Source of the DNA: Alphaproteobacteria bacterium
Lineage (GTDB): Bacteria > Pseudomonadota > Alphaproteobacteria > Rs-D84
Assembly (NCBI GenBank): GCA_017503725.1
Contig: JAFVSL010000006.1
Coordinates: 22,593-86,592 of the forward strand
Length of the DNA: 64,000 bases
Reading direction: 5' to 3'
In this document: positions 49,026 through 59,253 of the stretch, piece by piece
Numbering within the stretch: position 1 is the stretch's first letter
How the letters are laid out: each line of letters begins with the position of its first letter
Made by a program: the position numbers and the translations under genes
Notes under the pieces: generated by a model
What the model was told of the DNA's origin: nothing
Seen by the model: only the letters and a program-made list of their open reading frames with translations
The model's database searches: none

Positions 49026-51014
49026 ATGAGAAGTACATTCTGGAACATAATTGGCATTATTGCCGTTGCAGTTGCTGTTTTATTTGCATATCAAACATCA
49101 AAGGGGAAGAAAATGGATGCAGGAATCAAGACTGAAAATATGGATATGACGGTTCGACCGGGTGATGATTTTTATGACTATGCAACGCGTGGTTGGCGTG
49201 ATGCGAATCCGATTCCGGATGATTATTCCCGATTTGGTGTGTTCGAAGTTGTTCGCAATACAAACCTGGCGCGCACGCGTGAGATTGCTGAAAACGACAC
49301 CGGTAAAATCGGCACGCTTTATAAAATTATTATGGACACGGAAAAACGTAACGCCGATGGTGTCGCGCCGGTTGCAAAATATCTGGCCGAAGTGGACGCA
49401 TTAACCGGTTCCGAACAACTGCCCCAGTATCTGGGCGGGATGCATATGTTTTCGTCTGCGTTTTGGTCTGATGGTGTTGCGTTGGACGAAATGGACAGCA
49501 CGCATTACATCTATAACATTGGCCAGGGCGGAATTGGCCTGTCACGTGATTATTATTTTGATAGTGACAGCAAGTCTGTTGAAATCCGCAACGAATATAA
49601 AAAATATATCGCGAAACAATTGGCGAATTTTGGCATTGCGGGCGATGCAGAAAAACTTTATGCATTAGAAGAGCGTATGGCAAAATCATTTCACACCAAA
49701 GAAGTTCTGCGCGATCCACACGCCAATTATCACAAGATGACATTGGCAGATGTTAAAAAAGAATTTCCTGGATTTAATTGGGATACATATTTGGTTGCGC
49801 GTGGGGCATCTGCGGCCACAGATATCAATGTGAATCAACCAGATGCAATCCGCGAATCAATCGCGATTATGAACGATACAGATTTTGATTTAATAAAAAC
49901 ATATCTGAAATATCGTATTGCAAATTCGGCGGCCAGTTTATTGGACGACACGTCATATGAAATTGCATTTGATTTTTATAATCGAAAAATGGCCGGCCAG
50001 AAAGAACCCAAACCACGCTGGAAACGGGCGGTATCTATGTTGGATGATGCGCTGGGGGATTTGGTTGGACAATTATACGTTGAAAAATATTTTCCCGCCG
50101 CCGCAAAAAGACGTATGGAAACATTGGTTCAAAATCTGCAACGCGCATATGCAATTCGAATTGAAAATTTGACTTGGATGTCGGACGAAACAAAGCAAAA
50201 GGCATTGGAAAAATTATCAACATTCCGTGCCAAAATTGGATACCCGGACAAATGGCGTGACTATTCACACCTGTACATTGACGGCGATAAAACCCTGTGG
50301 GAAAATATGATTAACGTATCTATGCACGAAGATGCATTTTGGCTGAATAAAATCGGTGCACAAAAAGACCCAACCATTTGGTATATGAACGCGCACGAGG
50401 CTAATGCCTACTATGACCCAACGACAAATGAAATCTGTTTCCCAGCGGGAATTTTACAGTACCCATTTTTTGATATGAAAGCCGATGATGCGTTTAATTA
50501 TGGTGCGATTGGTGCGATTATTGGTCACGAAATGACGCACGGATTCGACGATATGGGACGTAAATTTGACAAAGACGGCAATATGAAAGATTGGTGGACA
50601 TTGTTGGATGCGGCGCGCTTTGATGTTCGTGCACGTGTAATGCGTGAATTCTTTGACAATATAAAAATCAATGATGAAGTTAATGCAAACGGCGAATTTA
50701 CGTTGGGTGAAAACCTGGCGGATTACGGTGGGGTGACAATTGCATACACGGCATACAAAAACTTTGGCACACCATCCAATGAGTCCGCGGGTCTGACACC
50801 GGATATGCGTTTCTTTATCGCGTATGCGGGAACCTGGGCACAAAATATCCGCGCGGACGAAGAATTACGTTTAACAAAAATGGATGAACATTCCCTGGGG
50901 AAAAATCGTGTAAACGGAATCTTGGTTCATATAGACGCGTGGTATGATGCGTTTGGCGTTACACCGAATGATAAAATGTATGTTGCCCCGTATGAACGCG
51001 TAAAGTTGTGGTAA
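49026..51014 (+). CDS. M13 family metalloendopeptidase (PepO-like) with N-terminal anchor
   Basis: DDFYDYA, KIGYPDKW, NAYY, GHEMTHGFDD, GENLAD. Confidence 0.95.
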   Translation: MRSTFWNIIGIIAVAVAVLFAYQTSKGKKMDAGIKTENMDMTVRPGDDFYDYATRGWRDANPIPDDYSRFGVFEVVRNTNLARTREIAENDTGKIGTLYKIIMDTEKRNADGVAPVAKYLAEVDALTGSEQLPQYLGGMHMFSSAFWSDGVALDEMDSTHYIYNIGQGGIGLSRDYYFDSDSKSVEIRNEYKKYIAKQLANFGIAGDAEKLYALEERMAKSFHTKEVLRDPHANYHKMTLADVKKEFPGFNWDTYLVARGASAATDINVNQPDAIRESIAIMNDTDFDLIKTYLKYRIANSAASLLDDTSYEIAFDFYNRKMAGQKEPKPRWKRAVSMLDDALGDLVGQLYVEKYFPAAAKRRMETLVQNLQRAYAIRIENLTWMSDETKQKALEKLSTFRAKIGYPDKWRDYSHLYIDGDKTLWENMINVSMHEDAFWLNKIGAQKDPTIWYMNAHEANAYYDPTTNEICFPAGILQYPFFDMKADDAFNYGAIGAIIGHEMTHGFDDMGRKFDKDGNMKDWWTLLDAARFDVRARVMREFFDNIKINDEVNANGEFTLGENLADYGGVTIAYTAYKNFGTPSNESAGLTPDMRFFIAYAGTWAQNIRADEELRLTKMDEHSLGKNRVNGILVHIDAWYDAFGVTPNDKMYVAPYERVKLW

Positions 51015-51040
51015 AAAATCCCGGCACTGCCGGGATTTTT
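51013..51040. terminator. Bidirectional terminator
   Basis: AAAAAATCCCGGCA-C-TGCCGGGATTTTT. Confidence 0.8.
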
Positions 51041-51524
51041 ATTTGTGATTATCATTGTGTCTTATTGCATATCGCGCCAGTTTCAGTTCTTTTATCACAT
51101 CCACATATTTATGCAATTTATCGGCCATTATATAATCAGGCGAATTTTTATCAGAATTTTTTTTGTCATATACATACAGTAATTCATATATCGTATAAAT
51201 ATTATCCGGGCGTTCATTTAATGTATATTTTGAATTTATAATATCCGCCCCAGACCGCAGTTCGTTCGCAAAATACGTTGAATCCCGCACCAATGTCGGA
51301 ATGCGCGCCATCGCACTGTCGGGGGACATTTTTTCAGCGGCCCGAATTTCACGCTTGGAAACATCATAGTATGCCTCAACATCGGCCCAATAAAGTAATG
51401 TGCGTGCAAAATTATGCGCGCGCACACCCCGCTTTACATCATCGGAATTTTGCTGTTGGGCATATGCGTTTCCCGCCACCAACATTAACAATATTGCAAA
51501 TTTAATCTTTGTCTTGTTCTTCAT
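51039..51524 (-). CDS. Secreted hypothetical protein
   Basis: MKNKTKIKFAILLMLVAGNAYA signal peptide; ends at the shared terminator. Confidence 0.65.
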   Translation of the reverse strand: MKNKTKIKFAILLMLVAGNAYAQQQNSDDVKRGVRAHNFARTLLYWADVEAYYDVSKREIRAAEKMSPDSAMARIPTLVRDSTYFANELRSGADIINSKYTLNERPDNIYTIYELLYVYDKKNSDKNSPDYIMADKLHKYVDVIKELKLARYAIRHNDNHK

Positions 51525-51623
51525 AGCAACGTCATAACCTAGCACAAAATAAAAAAACTTCAAGTCCTATGTGAAAAACGGATGAATGTGTGGTATAATA
51601 TGCTAAAACAAATGGGGGAATGT

Positions 51624-52556
51624 ATGAAAGTTTCAATTATTGGTATTGGCTCGGTTGGTGCGGCTGTTGCGACCGCTGTAAAAAACACGGGTCTGGTTCA
51701 CGAAATCGCATTATATGATCGCGACAATGTTCGTTCTTATGCCGCGGCCGAAGATTTGGGGCACGCATCTGCGTTTTCATACGATGTGAAAATTACGGCG
51801 GTAAATAATTATCGTGGTATTCGTGGTTCTGATATTGTAATCATTGCGGCGGGTGCAAATCAAAAGCCTGGTGAAACGCGGACAGATTTGTTAAATGCAA
51901 ATGCATCGGTGATTTCCGATATTGTACCACGTGTTATGGCAAATACAGACCCCAAACACGTCACATTGGTTATTGTAACAAATCCGCTGGATGTAATGGT
52001 TATGTTGGCGCAAAAGATTTCAAAGTTGCCCGCGTCCCGCGTGATTGGAACGGGCACAATGCTGGATTCTGCGCGCTTGCGTGCAATATTATCACGGCAT
52101 TTGTCGGTGTCTACCCAATCAATAAATGCATACGTCCTGGGCGAACACGGTGACAGCAGTATGATAAACTGGTCATCGGCATCAGTTGGCGCGATTGATT
52201 TAAACACATTCTGTCGCCAGGCGAAAATAAGCCTGCCACAAACCACGCGCAACACAATTGAACATCGTGTTCAAAATGCGGCCTATGAAATTATTCGTGG
52301 GCGCGGGGCGACGTGGGATGGAATTGCGGCGGCGGTTGCGGATTTGTTGCGTTGTATTATAAATGATGAACGTCGTATTTTAACGGTATCCACCGTTGCG
52401 GGTTCTGGGGCATCGTCATTGGCAATGTCTTTGCCACGTATTGTGGGGCGGGGCGGTGTTATAACGACACTGATGCCACGAATGACATCAGCGGAAAGTG
52501 CCGCACTGCGTCGCAGTGGAAAAATCATCCGTAGAAATTATGATTCTTTGAAATAA
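51624..52556 (+). CDS. ldh: L-lactate dehydrogenase
   Basis: GIGSVG, AGANQKPGETR (Gln specificity residue), TNPLD, GTMLDSAR, GEHGDS. Confidence 0.92.
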   Translation: MKVSIIGIGSVGAAVATAVKNTGLVHEIALYDRDNVRSYAAAEDLGHASAFSYDVKITAVNNYRGIRGSDIVIIAAGANQKPGETRTDLLNANASVISDIVPRVMANTDPKHVTLVIVTNPLDVMVMLAQKISKLPASRVIGTGTMLDSARLRAILSRHLSVSTQSINAYVLGEHGDSSMINWSSASVGAIDLNTFCRQAKISLPQTTRNTIEHRVQNAAYEIIRGRGATWDGIAAAVADLLRCIINDERRILTVSTVAGSGASSLAMSLPRIVGRGGVITTLMPRMTSAESAALRRSGKIIRRNYDSLK

Positions 52557-52653
52557 TATATCGGGGATAAAATCCCCGTTTTTTTATTGAATACAATCAT
52601 AGTGCAACCGATTATCCGCCGTGATATATTTTTACCACACGGGGGGATTTTTT

Positions 52654-52953
52654 ATGTCAGAAGATATTCAATATATGCCGTCTGTTGATGGTTCTGGGTT
52701 TGATGCAATTTGTCGCGGTCAAATCATTGGCCAGGTGACCTATGTTCGTATTGGTCTGGATAAAATGATTATCGACTATACCGGGGTTGCGTCCCCATAT
52801 CGCGGCCAAAACATCGGTTTGACCCTGGTGCGTCGGGTTGCAGACCTGGCGCGGTCCCAGCATCGTCGCATTATAACAATATGTCCGTTTGCACGTGCAA
52901 TGTTCAACAGATACCCTGAATTTGATGACATAAGATTGATGAACGCACATTAG
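52654..52953 (+). CDS. GNAT acetyltransferase (YjdJ-like)
   Basis: IIDYTGV...RGQNIG..LV...I..ICPFA. Confidence 0.85.
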   Translation: MSEDIQYMPSVDGSGFDAICRGQIIGQVTYVRIGLDKMIIDYTGVASPYRGQNIGLTLVRRVADLARSQHRRIITICPFARAMFNRYPEFDDIRLMNAH

Positions 52954-53014
52954 TGGTTGCAGAAAATTTTCTTTTTCTTTATATTTTACGCTATATGGAA
53001 ATGGGGAATTTACT

Positions 53015-54394
53015 ATGAATAAAAAAATGCGCGTTTGGTTAATTGCTTTGATATTTTTAAATGGTTTTATCAGTTTATCTTTGGAATTGGTTATATTACG
53101 TCAGTTATCGTTCTGGGTCGGTTCCAGTCCCGTTATCACCAGTATTATTATGGGGGCATTCCTGGGCTTTATGTCGTTGGGATATTGGCTGGGAAATTCC
53201 GAACGCGTGCGTATTAAATATATACCGAAAATTTTGTGCCTTAGTTTTTTGTTTATTGCGGCGTTGGCACTTTTTGCGGCCAGTTTTCCATTTGTTACAA
53301 CTTACTTTGCCCTGATGTATACTGCGGGCATAACGTCGGGTGTTGTTCAGACATTTATTTATTCGTTTGTGTTCTTGTCGGTTGGACCATTTTTGTTTGG
53401 TTTCAACACGACGATATTGTCACGCCTGTTACAGGTTCGTAATAAAAACAACACGGGTAATATTATGGCGGTTGATACGATTGGCTCGGTTATGGCATCT
53501 ATGTTAACTACATTGTTTTTAATGCCATTTCTGGGGGTAAATTATACGGTTGGTTTGGTAATATTGCTGGGGTGTGTATGCGCATTGTTATCATATCGTC
53601 GCGCGTGGGTTTGGATTGTGACGGCGATTTTGCTGGCGTTTGGTGGATATATCAACAGTGACTATGTTCAATATTCAAAATACGGCATATTGGTAAATAA
53701 TTCTAATTCCACAATATCTGTTGCAGAGTATGGCGATGTACGTGTATTGGATATGAATCGCCTGGCGATGTCTATGTATGATACGCGTGATGGTCGTGGC
53801 GCGCCGTATATCAATTTTGTAAATGATAATTTTATCTATACATTACCAACGGATCGACCGCGCAAGATTTTGGTCCTGGGGGCGGGGGGATTTACGGCCG
53901 GCCTGCGTGATACCTTTCACGAATATACATTTGTAGATATCGAACCAACGTTAAAAGATGTGTCTGAAAAATATTTCTTGAAACAAAATCTGGGACCGAA
54001 CAAGAAGTTTATTGTCCAAGACGCGTCCCAGTTTTTGAAAAACACCACCGAACAGTTTGATATAATTTTGCTGGATGTGTATTCAAATTCCTTCCAGATA
54101 CCCGAGGGTCTAATTACCCGTGAATTTATGTCGCGTATCAAGTCGCGCGTTGCCCCGAACGGGGTTGTGTTAATGAATATGATTGAAAGTCCGTCATTCG
54201 GTGATGCATATACGCGTGTGTTTGATAATACATTTCATTCGGTGTTTACACATAACACATCACGTCAAATTGTCGACAATATAAACCCGTGGTCACCGGA
54301 TGATATTGCGAATGTAATCTATATTTATTTTAATACGGAAAACGATGGTCGAATATATACAATAAACAAAACGCCGGTGATTTATGATCGATAA
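53015..54394 (+). CDS. Membrane-fused spermidine-synthase-like SAM-fold protein
   Basis: About seven N-terminal TMs (GFISLSLELV..R; TIGS..); ILVLGAGG, VDIEP, QDASQFL, FDIILLDVY. Confidence 0.85.
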   Translation: MNKKMRVWLIALIFLNGFISLSLELVILRQLSFWVGSSPVITSIIMGAFLGFMSLGYWLGNSERVRIKYIPKILCLSFLFIAALALFAASFPFVTTYFALMYTAGITSGVVQTFIYSFVFLSVGPFLFGFNTTILSRLLQVRNKNNTGNIMAVDTIGSVMASMLTTLFLMPFLGVNYTVGLVILLGCVCALLSYRRAWVWIVTAILLAFGGYINSDYVQYSKYGILVNNSNSTISVAEYGDVRVLDMNRLAMSMYDTRDGRGAPYINFVNDNFIYTLPTDRPRKILVLGAGGFTAGLRDTFHEYTFVDIEPTLKDVSEKYFLKQNLGPNKKFIVQDASQFLKNTTEQFDIILLDVYSNSFQIPEGLITREFMSRIKSRVAPNGVVLMNMIESPSFGDAYTRVFDNTFHSVFTHNTSRQIVDNINPWSPDDIANVIYIYFNTENDGRIYTINKTPVIYDR

Positions 54395-54420
54395 AAAAAA
54401 TCCCAGAATTGGGATTTTTT

Positions 54421-54612
54421 TTATTCACTTTTTTTAGGAATGTTTACAATAATTTTTCCGCCCTGACCAGTCTTTATCCATTCCAGCGCGGCAATCCGCC
54501 CCTCAATATGTTTTTTATCTTGTTCATTATCTAGGGGCAGTTCTTTCATCAAACGAATTGTATTGTCAATAGATTCAACAATTTCTGGTGTTAAAATTTT
54601 GTTTTTTAACAT
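54421..54612 (-). CDS. Hypothetical 63-aa protein
   Basis: GGGAGG RBS; ends at the shared terminator 54393-54422. Confidence 0.6.
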   Translation of the reverse strand: MLKNKILTPEIVESIDNTIRLMKELPLDNEQDKKHIEGRIAALEWIKTGQGGKIIVNIPKKSE

Positions 54613-54633
54613 AGTGACCTCCCGTGGTTAATG

Positions 54634-55032
54634 TTAGTGAACTCTGGTAGAACGGTTGTTTGACATAATTGTTGTAGGGCGGTACAAATTGATTGCGGGC
54701 AATTTGCGGGATCTCTTATTATAACGATATTTAGAAGCGGGTTCAGAAATAGAAAAGTTATGTCGATTTGCAGATTCGTACTCAATTTCATTGTCGTCAT
54801 CTGCTTCAATCAAATCTGAAATTGGAATCTCATATGTTTCGCCATCTGGTGATTCGTATATGACTGTTTCAGCGTTTGCTGGCACCTCTATAACACCGCG
54901 GTCCTGTTTTTCATTGTCCTGATTGTTTATACTATCGTATACATCCCAATCAATACTGACGCCAGAACTGTTTGTTTCGTCATTTTTTGAGTTTTCATCA
55001 TTGTCAGAACCAAAAATACCAAGCCATCCCAT
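54634..55032 (-). CDS. Hypothetical acidic protein (MGWLGIFG...)
   Basis: AT-rich ORF; ATG 5 nt after a TAAAAT box. Confidence 0.55.
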   Translation of the reverse strand: MGWLGIFGSDNDENSKNDETNSSGVSIDWDVYDSINNQDNEKQDRGVIEVPANAETVIYESPDGETYEIPISDLIEADDDNEIEYESANRHNFSISEPASKYRYNKRSRKLPAINLYRPTTIMSNNRSTRVH

Positions 55033-55216
55033 ATGATATTTAACATTAGTATGACGTAAACAAGGCGTAAATTTGTTTGTGTTAAGCAAATAGGGAAAAA
55101 TAAGAGAGCGTTTTCTTGTCACGGCATATCCTTTTATATGAAAAACAACTTCGAAGTGATTATAAAATAATAATTTGTTATTTCAATAAAAAAGTAAAAT
55201 CAAGTCAGTGCGGATC

Positions 55217-55813
55217 TTATTGTCTTAGGTTTTCTTCAACCTGGTTCCAATCAACCAAGTGGTCCAGATAGTTGTCGACAAAATCTGCGCGCCGATTTTG
55301 ATAGTCGACATAGTACGCGTGTTCCCATACGTCCAGATTCAAAATTGGTACCATATTGTGCGCAATTGGCGTATCTGCATTTGACAGGTTTATAATCTTT
55401 AACGCATCCCCATCCCGAACCAGCCACGTATACCCACTGCCGAACAGGGTTGTTGCCGCGGTTTTAAATTGTTCGCGAAATTCTTCATCCCCACCAAATG
55501 CGTTTGCGATTTCATCTGGTATTTTGCCACCGCAATCTCGACACATACCGTTAAAGAAAAAATCGTGATTAAAAACCTGGGCGGCATTGTTAAAAATTTT
55601 TTGCGCATTTGGATTGTTCTCGTCGTTCGCCGATGTATTTATTATTTCATAAAGAGACACTGATTCATAAGGCGTGTCCTGAATCAATTCATTCAGGTTT
55701 TTGATATACGTCGCCACGTGTTTTCCGTGATGCAACGCCAGTGTCTGTTCGGACATATACGGCGCCAGGCCATCATACGTATACGGTAATGGAAATTGCG
55801 AAAGTGTAAACAT
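55217..55813 (-). CDS. sodB: Fe/Mn superoxide dismutase
   Basis: HHGKH, FNNAAQVFNHDFF, FGSGY.W, DVWEHAYY; AAQ favours the Fe type. Confidence 0.92.
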   Translation of the reverse strand: MFTLSQFPLPYTYDGLAPYMSEQTLALHHGKHVATYIKNLNELIQDTPYESVSLYEIINTSANDENNPNAQKIFNNAAQVFNHDFFFNGMCRDCGGKIPDEIANAFGGDEEFREQFKTAATTLFGSGYTWLVRDGDALKIINLSNADTPIAHNMVPILNLDVWEHAYYVDYQNRRADFVDNYLDHLVDWNQVEENLRQ

Positions 55814-55962
55814 TTTTGCCCTCCCTTGGTTATTTTTTATATTGGTTGGCCCACATCAAAAACGCAACAGGAATGAAATAACAGCGCCCCGTAAAATTTA
55901 CTTGCACAGACAAAAGAAACTTTTCTATAATCAGACCATCTGAAATACAAAAAGGAGAAAAG

Positions 55963-56550
55963 ATGAAAAAATTATCTGCATTATTTGCGTTATGTGGTTT
56001 GGCGTTTGTTGGCGCGGCATCTGCGGCGAATATCACGGTTTATTATTCCCCAACGTGTCCACATTGTCATCACGCGCGTGACTTTATTGCAAATCATTTG
56101 GCATATGAATACCCAATGGTCACCGTGACAGAGGTTAACGTTATGGACCAGGCAAACCTGCCAAAATTCCGTGAAACATTGAAAAAGTGTGAATATGAAT
56201 CTGGTGGTGTGCCGGTTTTGACGATTGGCGATAAATGCTTCCAGGGTTATGCCGATTTTATGCAGGCTGAATTGCGTGACGCGGTTGCTGCTGATTTAAG
56301 CGATGCTGACAAGGCTGCCGCAGAAGAGGCGAAAAAAGCAATGGATGCAGACGCTGAAAAATACAAATCTGAAAACGCAGATAACAGGGCAACAATTTCT
56401 GAATTTACTGCCACTGCTGAAACAGTCACGGAACCGGTTGTGGAATCTCAAAAAAAAAATAGTGGCGCGTCCAGTGTTTGGTTCTGGGGTCTGTTAATCG
56501 TATTGGTTGCGGGGTTGGGCCTGGTCTTGGTACGCAAGGATAAAAAATAA
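55963..56550 (+). CDS. Exported thioredoxin/glutaredoxin-fold protein (CPHC) with C-terminal membrane anchor
   Basis: Signal peptide; YSPTCPHCH; GVP cis-Pro loop; C-terminal TM plus RKDKK. Confidence 0.85.
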   Translation: MKKLSALFALCGLAFVGAASAANITVYYSPTCPHCHHARDFIANHLAYEYPMVTVTEVNVMDQANLPKFRETLKKCEYESGGVPVLTIGDKCFQGYADFMQAELRDAVAADLSDADKAAAEEAKKAMDADAEKYKSENADNRATISEFTATAETVTEPVVESQKKNSGASSVWFWGLLIVLVAGLGLVLVRKDKK

Positions 56551-56579
56551 TCGTATAATCAATCAACGCAGGATAGGTT

Positions 56580-57308
56580 ATGTTTGATTTAACTTCTCTT
56601 GATTACGTCTTTGTGGGTGTCATTGTGGCATCCACAATTTGGGCGTTTATTCGCGGTGGCGTTTTTGAAACAGTTGCAACATTGTCGTGGGTTGTTGCGG
56701 CGATTGCGGCACGTTTTGCGTCCCCGTGGTTGGATAAATTGTTACAGGCCTGGTTTGATTTGTCTGCATCGACGGTTGGCACATTGATTGCATCATACTT
56801 TATTGTATTTTTTGTGATATTGATGCTGGTTGGATTTTTTAACCAGAAATTACGCGACAAAATCCACGACAGTATGATGAAGGTAACTGATCGTACGCTG
56901 GGGATAATATTTGGTATTATCCGTGGTGTCGTGATAATGGGTGGTGTTTATTGGGCGGCATTATGGTATTTTTCAGATGCACCACGCCTGCCACAATGGT
57001 TGGAAATGGCGCGTACCCGTCCGATTATGCAATATACTGCGGAAAAGTTAGACGATTGGTTCGTCCCCGGTGCGCCGAACAAATTATTGGCGCGTGACCG
57101 TGCGGCATCAATCGAAAGTATGAAGATTTTCCAGAACTTGGTAAATCCTGCGGTGTCCAGCGAATCTAAATCGACGGATACGCCCGAGACGGGTTACAAG
57201 TCATCAGAGCGTACCGCCCTTGAAAACCAATTATTGCAAATTGAAACGGCGGCCCGTGCCCAGGATGCGCGTGACCCCGCCCCCGACGAGGTAATAATTG
57301 TCGAATAA
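56580..57308 (+). CDS. cvpA: CvpA family membrane protein
   Basis: LD......S...FIRGG..E...LSWV; DRTLGIIFGIIRG. Confidence 0.85.
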   Translation: MFDLTSLDYVFVGVIVASTIWAFIRGGVFETVATLSWVVAAIAARFASPWLDKLLQAWFDLSASTVGTLIASYFIVFFVILMLVGFFNQKLRDKIHDSMMKVTDRTLGIIFGIIRGVVIMGGVYWAALWYFSDAPRLPQWLEMARTRPIMQYTAEKLDDWFVPGAPNKLLARDRAASIESMKIFQNLVNPAVSSESKSTDTPETGYKSSERTALENQLLQIETAARAQDARDPAPDEVIIVE

Positions 57309-57309
57309 G

Positions 57310-57336
57310 AATCCCGCCGTTCGGCGGGATTTTTTT
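57310..57336 (+). terminator. Terminator after cvpA
   Basis: AATCCCGCCG-TT-CGGCGGGATTTTTTT. Confidence 0.8.
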
Positions 57337-57406
57337 ACGGAAATGGTTCCTGGTGATTTGTGTGGCATTTTTATGCACAATTAAATCACAGAGGAGAGAG
57401 AAAACT

Positions 57407-57937
57407 ATGTTCATAAAATCAAAAATATGTTTTACCGTTTTGGTAATCTATGAAATTGCGGCAATAACTTTGTTGCATTTTCAGCGTACCTGTGACGCGA
57501 TGTTCAGTACCGGTTTTTGTGATGGGAATTTCAAATATTTTGCGGGTGCGATTGCGGTACCTTTGCTGGCATATTTGATATGGATGTGGATTCGTGAAAT
57601 TATTCACGCCCGTCGTCGTCATCGCTTTATTTCGCGGGCGAAACACTTGGTTGGTAATTTTGCGTCGGCCGTCCACGAAAAATTGGGCAATATTTCAAGC
57701 CAGGATATGGAACGTATTCTGACGATGGCCATATTGTTCGGTATCAAGCGGTATTCAGATCGTCATCCGGGATTGCGTCGTACGATTGGTGAAATTATTG
57801 GTGTTAAGTCGGGGGATGAAATGGATTTTGAATACGATATGGATACTGAAAATGTTGTTGCCTCTCAGAAAAGGGGCGCCGCGCGTCGGCGGATTGCCAC
57901 AAAGTCTGCCCGGGCCACAACAAAAAAGAAGAAATAA
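57407..57937 (+). CDS. Hypothetical membrane protein (2 TMs, Cys pair in the loop, basic tail)
   Basis: GAGGAG RBS; two hydrophobic segments. Confidence 0.7.
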   Translation: MFIKSKICFTVLVIYEIAAITLLHFQRTCDAMFSTGFCDGNFKYFAGAIAVPLLAYLIWMWIREIIHARRRHRFISRAKHLVGNFASAVHEKLGNISSQDMERILTMAILFGIKRYSDRHPGLRRTIGEIIGVKSGDEMDFEYDMDTENVVASQKRGAARRRIATKSARATTKKKK

Positions 57938-58068
57938 TTTTTTTTACGGGCAAAAAACATCCCACCGGGTATGTTCGGTGGGATTTTTATTATTGTGGTT
58001 TCTTTTCCAAATGCTTGCACGACCCCGGGTGTTTATGATATAATAAACCAAAAGGAATTCGGAAAGGG

Positions 58069-59208
58069 ATGAAAATGTCACGCATTTTTGCCGGTTTTGC
58101 CGGCCTGATGATGGTTTTGCCTGCGGCGTTGAATGCGGCATATCCGGTGTATCCGTCATATCAAACAAATCAGAATAACGCGATGCCTGTGGGCGCGGTT
58201 CCTGTGATGAACAATGGTATGGTTCAGTATTTACCATCAAGCAACAGTCGCGTTGTATCCGCACCAAATAATGTATCACAGTATAATCAGTATCGCTCTG
58301 TTGCCGCGGCCCAGCCAACACGTATCACGGGTGCGTTGCCATATGTGGGGTCAAGCCAGACGTCTGCCGGTCGTTCTTATTATCAGCCGGCCGATTACGA
58401 CAGATTGGCGGACAGTGGCCTGTACGTTGGATTGTCGGTTGCATACACCGCATCACTGATGGGTGGGATGAGTGCCGATTATACCGGTGAACAAAATTCT
58501 TTCTTTGTGCCCGGCGCATTTGAAGAGGCTGACTTTCATTCCGATACCATTATCCCGCTCCAGGTTTCTGTTGGTGCGGCGATTAACAATGATTTTCGCA
58601 TAGATTTCTCTTATTTGCGTTATTCGGGCTTGGCGTATCCAACAATGGTTCGTACGGCCGATGGTGCCGGCGGCTTGATAGAGGCATCTGTTGACGGTGG
58701 TGCGATTACATCGAATACGACGATGTTGAACGTTTATTATAACATTGATTCTTATACCGGGTATTTGGCGGGTGGTTCGCTTCGCCCATATATTGGTGCG
58801 GGTGTTGGTATTGCGCTGAATACGGTTGCGGACTATGTTGTGTACGATAATACCTTTTATTCTGAAATGGATCCAATTGGTGCCGGTGCCGGTGATTTAA
58901 CGGGCATTTCGGATATTTATGCATATCATAACGGTGGCACGACGGAACAATTGGCATTTATGTTAGAGGGCGGTCTGACCACTGAATTGGATGGTGGAAT
59001 TAAATTGGATTTCTTTGTTCGTTATGCGAATCTGGGCAAGGTTAAAACATCTGGTTCAATTATTGTTTCGCAAACGGAATGGCTGGGCGACGGTGCCGGT
59101 GGCGAATATGAGGCCCCATACGACAGTGTTTTCCACTATACCAATTGGTACGAAAGTGGACGTCTGGGGATGGTTGATATCGGTGCCCGTATGCGTTTGC
59201 AGTTTTAA
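58069..59208 (+). CDS. Outer-membrane beta-barrel protein (opacity/MSP4-like)
   Basis: Signal peptide; GLYVGL, FRIDFSY, MLNVYY, RPYIGAGVG, C-terminal RLQF. Confidence 0.8.
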   Translation: MKMSRIFAGFAGLMMVLPAALNAAYPVYPSYQTNQNNAMPVGAVPVMNNGMVQYLPSSNSRVVSAPNNVSQYNQYRSVAAAQPTRITGALPYVGSSQTSAGRSYYQPADYDRLADSGLYVGLSVAYTASLMGGMSADYTGEQNSFFVPGAFEEADFHSDTIIPLQVSVGAAINNDFRIDFSYLRYSGLAYPTMVRTADGAGGLIEASVDGGAITSNTTMLNVYYNIDSYTGYLAGGSLRPYIGAGVGIALNTVADYVVYDNTFYSEMDPIGAGAGDLTGISDIYAYHNGGTTEQLAFMLEGGLTTELDGGIKLDFFVRYANLGKVKTSGSIIVSQTEWLGDGAGGEYEAPYDSVFHYTNWYESGRLGMVDIGARMRLQF

Positions 59209-59253
59209 TGGGTGTTGGGTGCACGCCCATTGTGTAAAAGGGGATAAAAGAGA

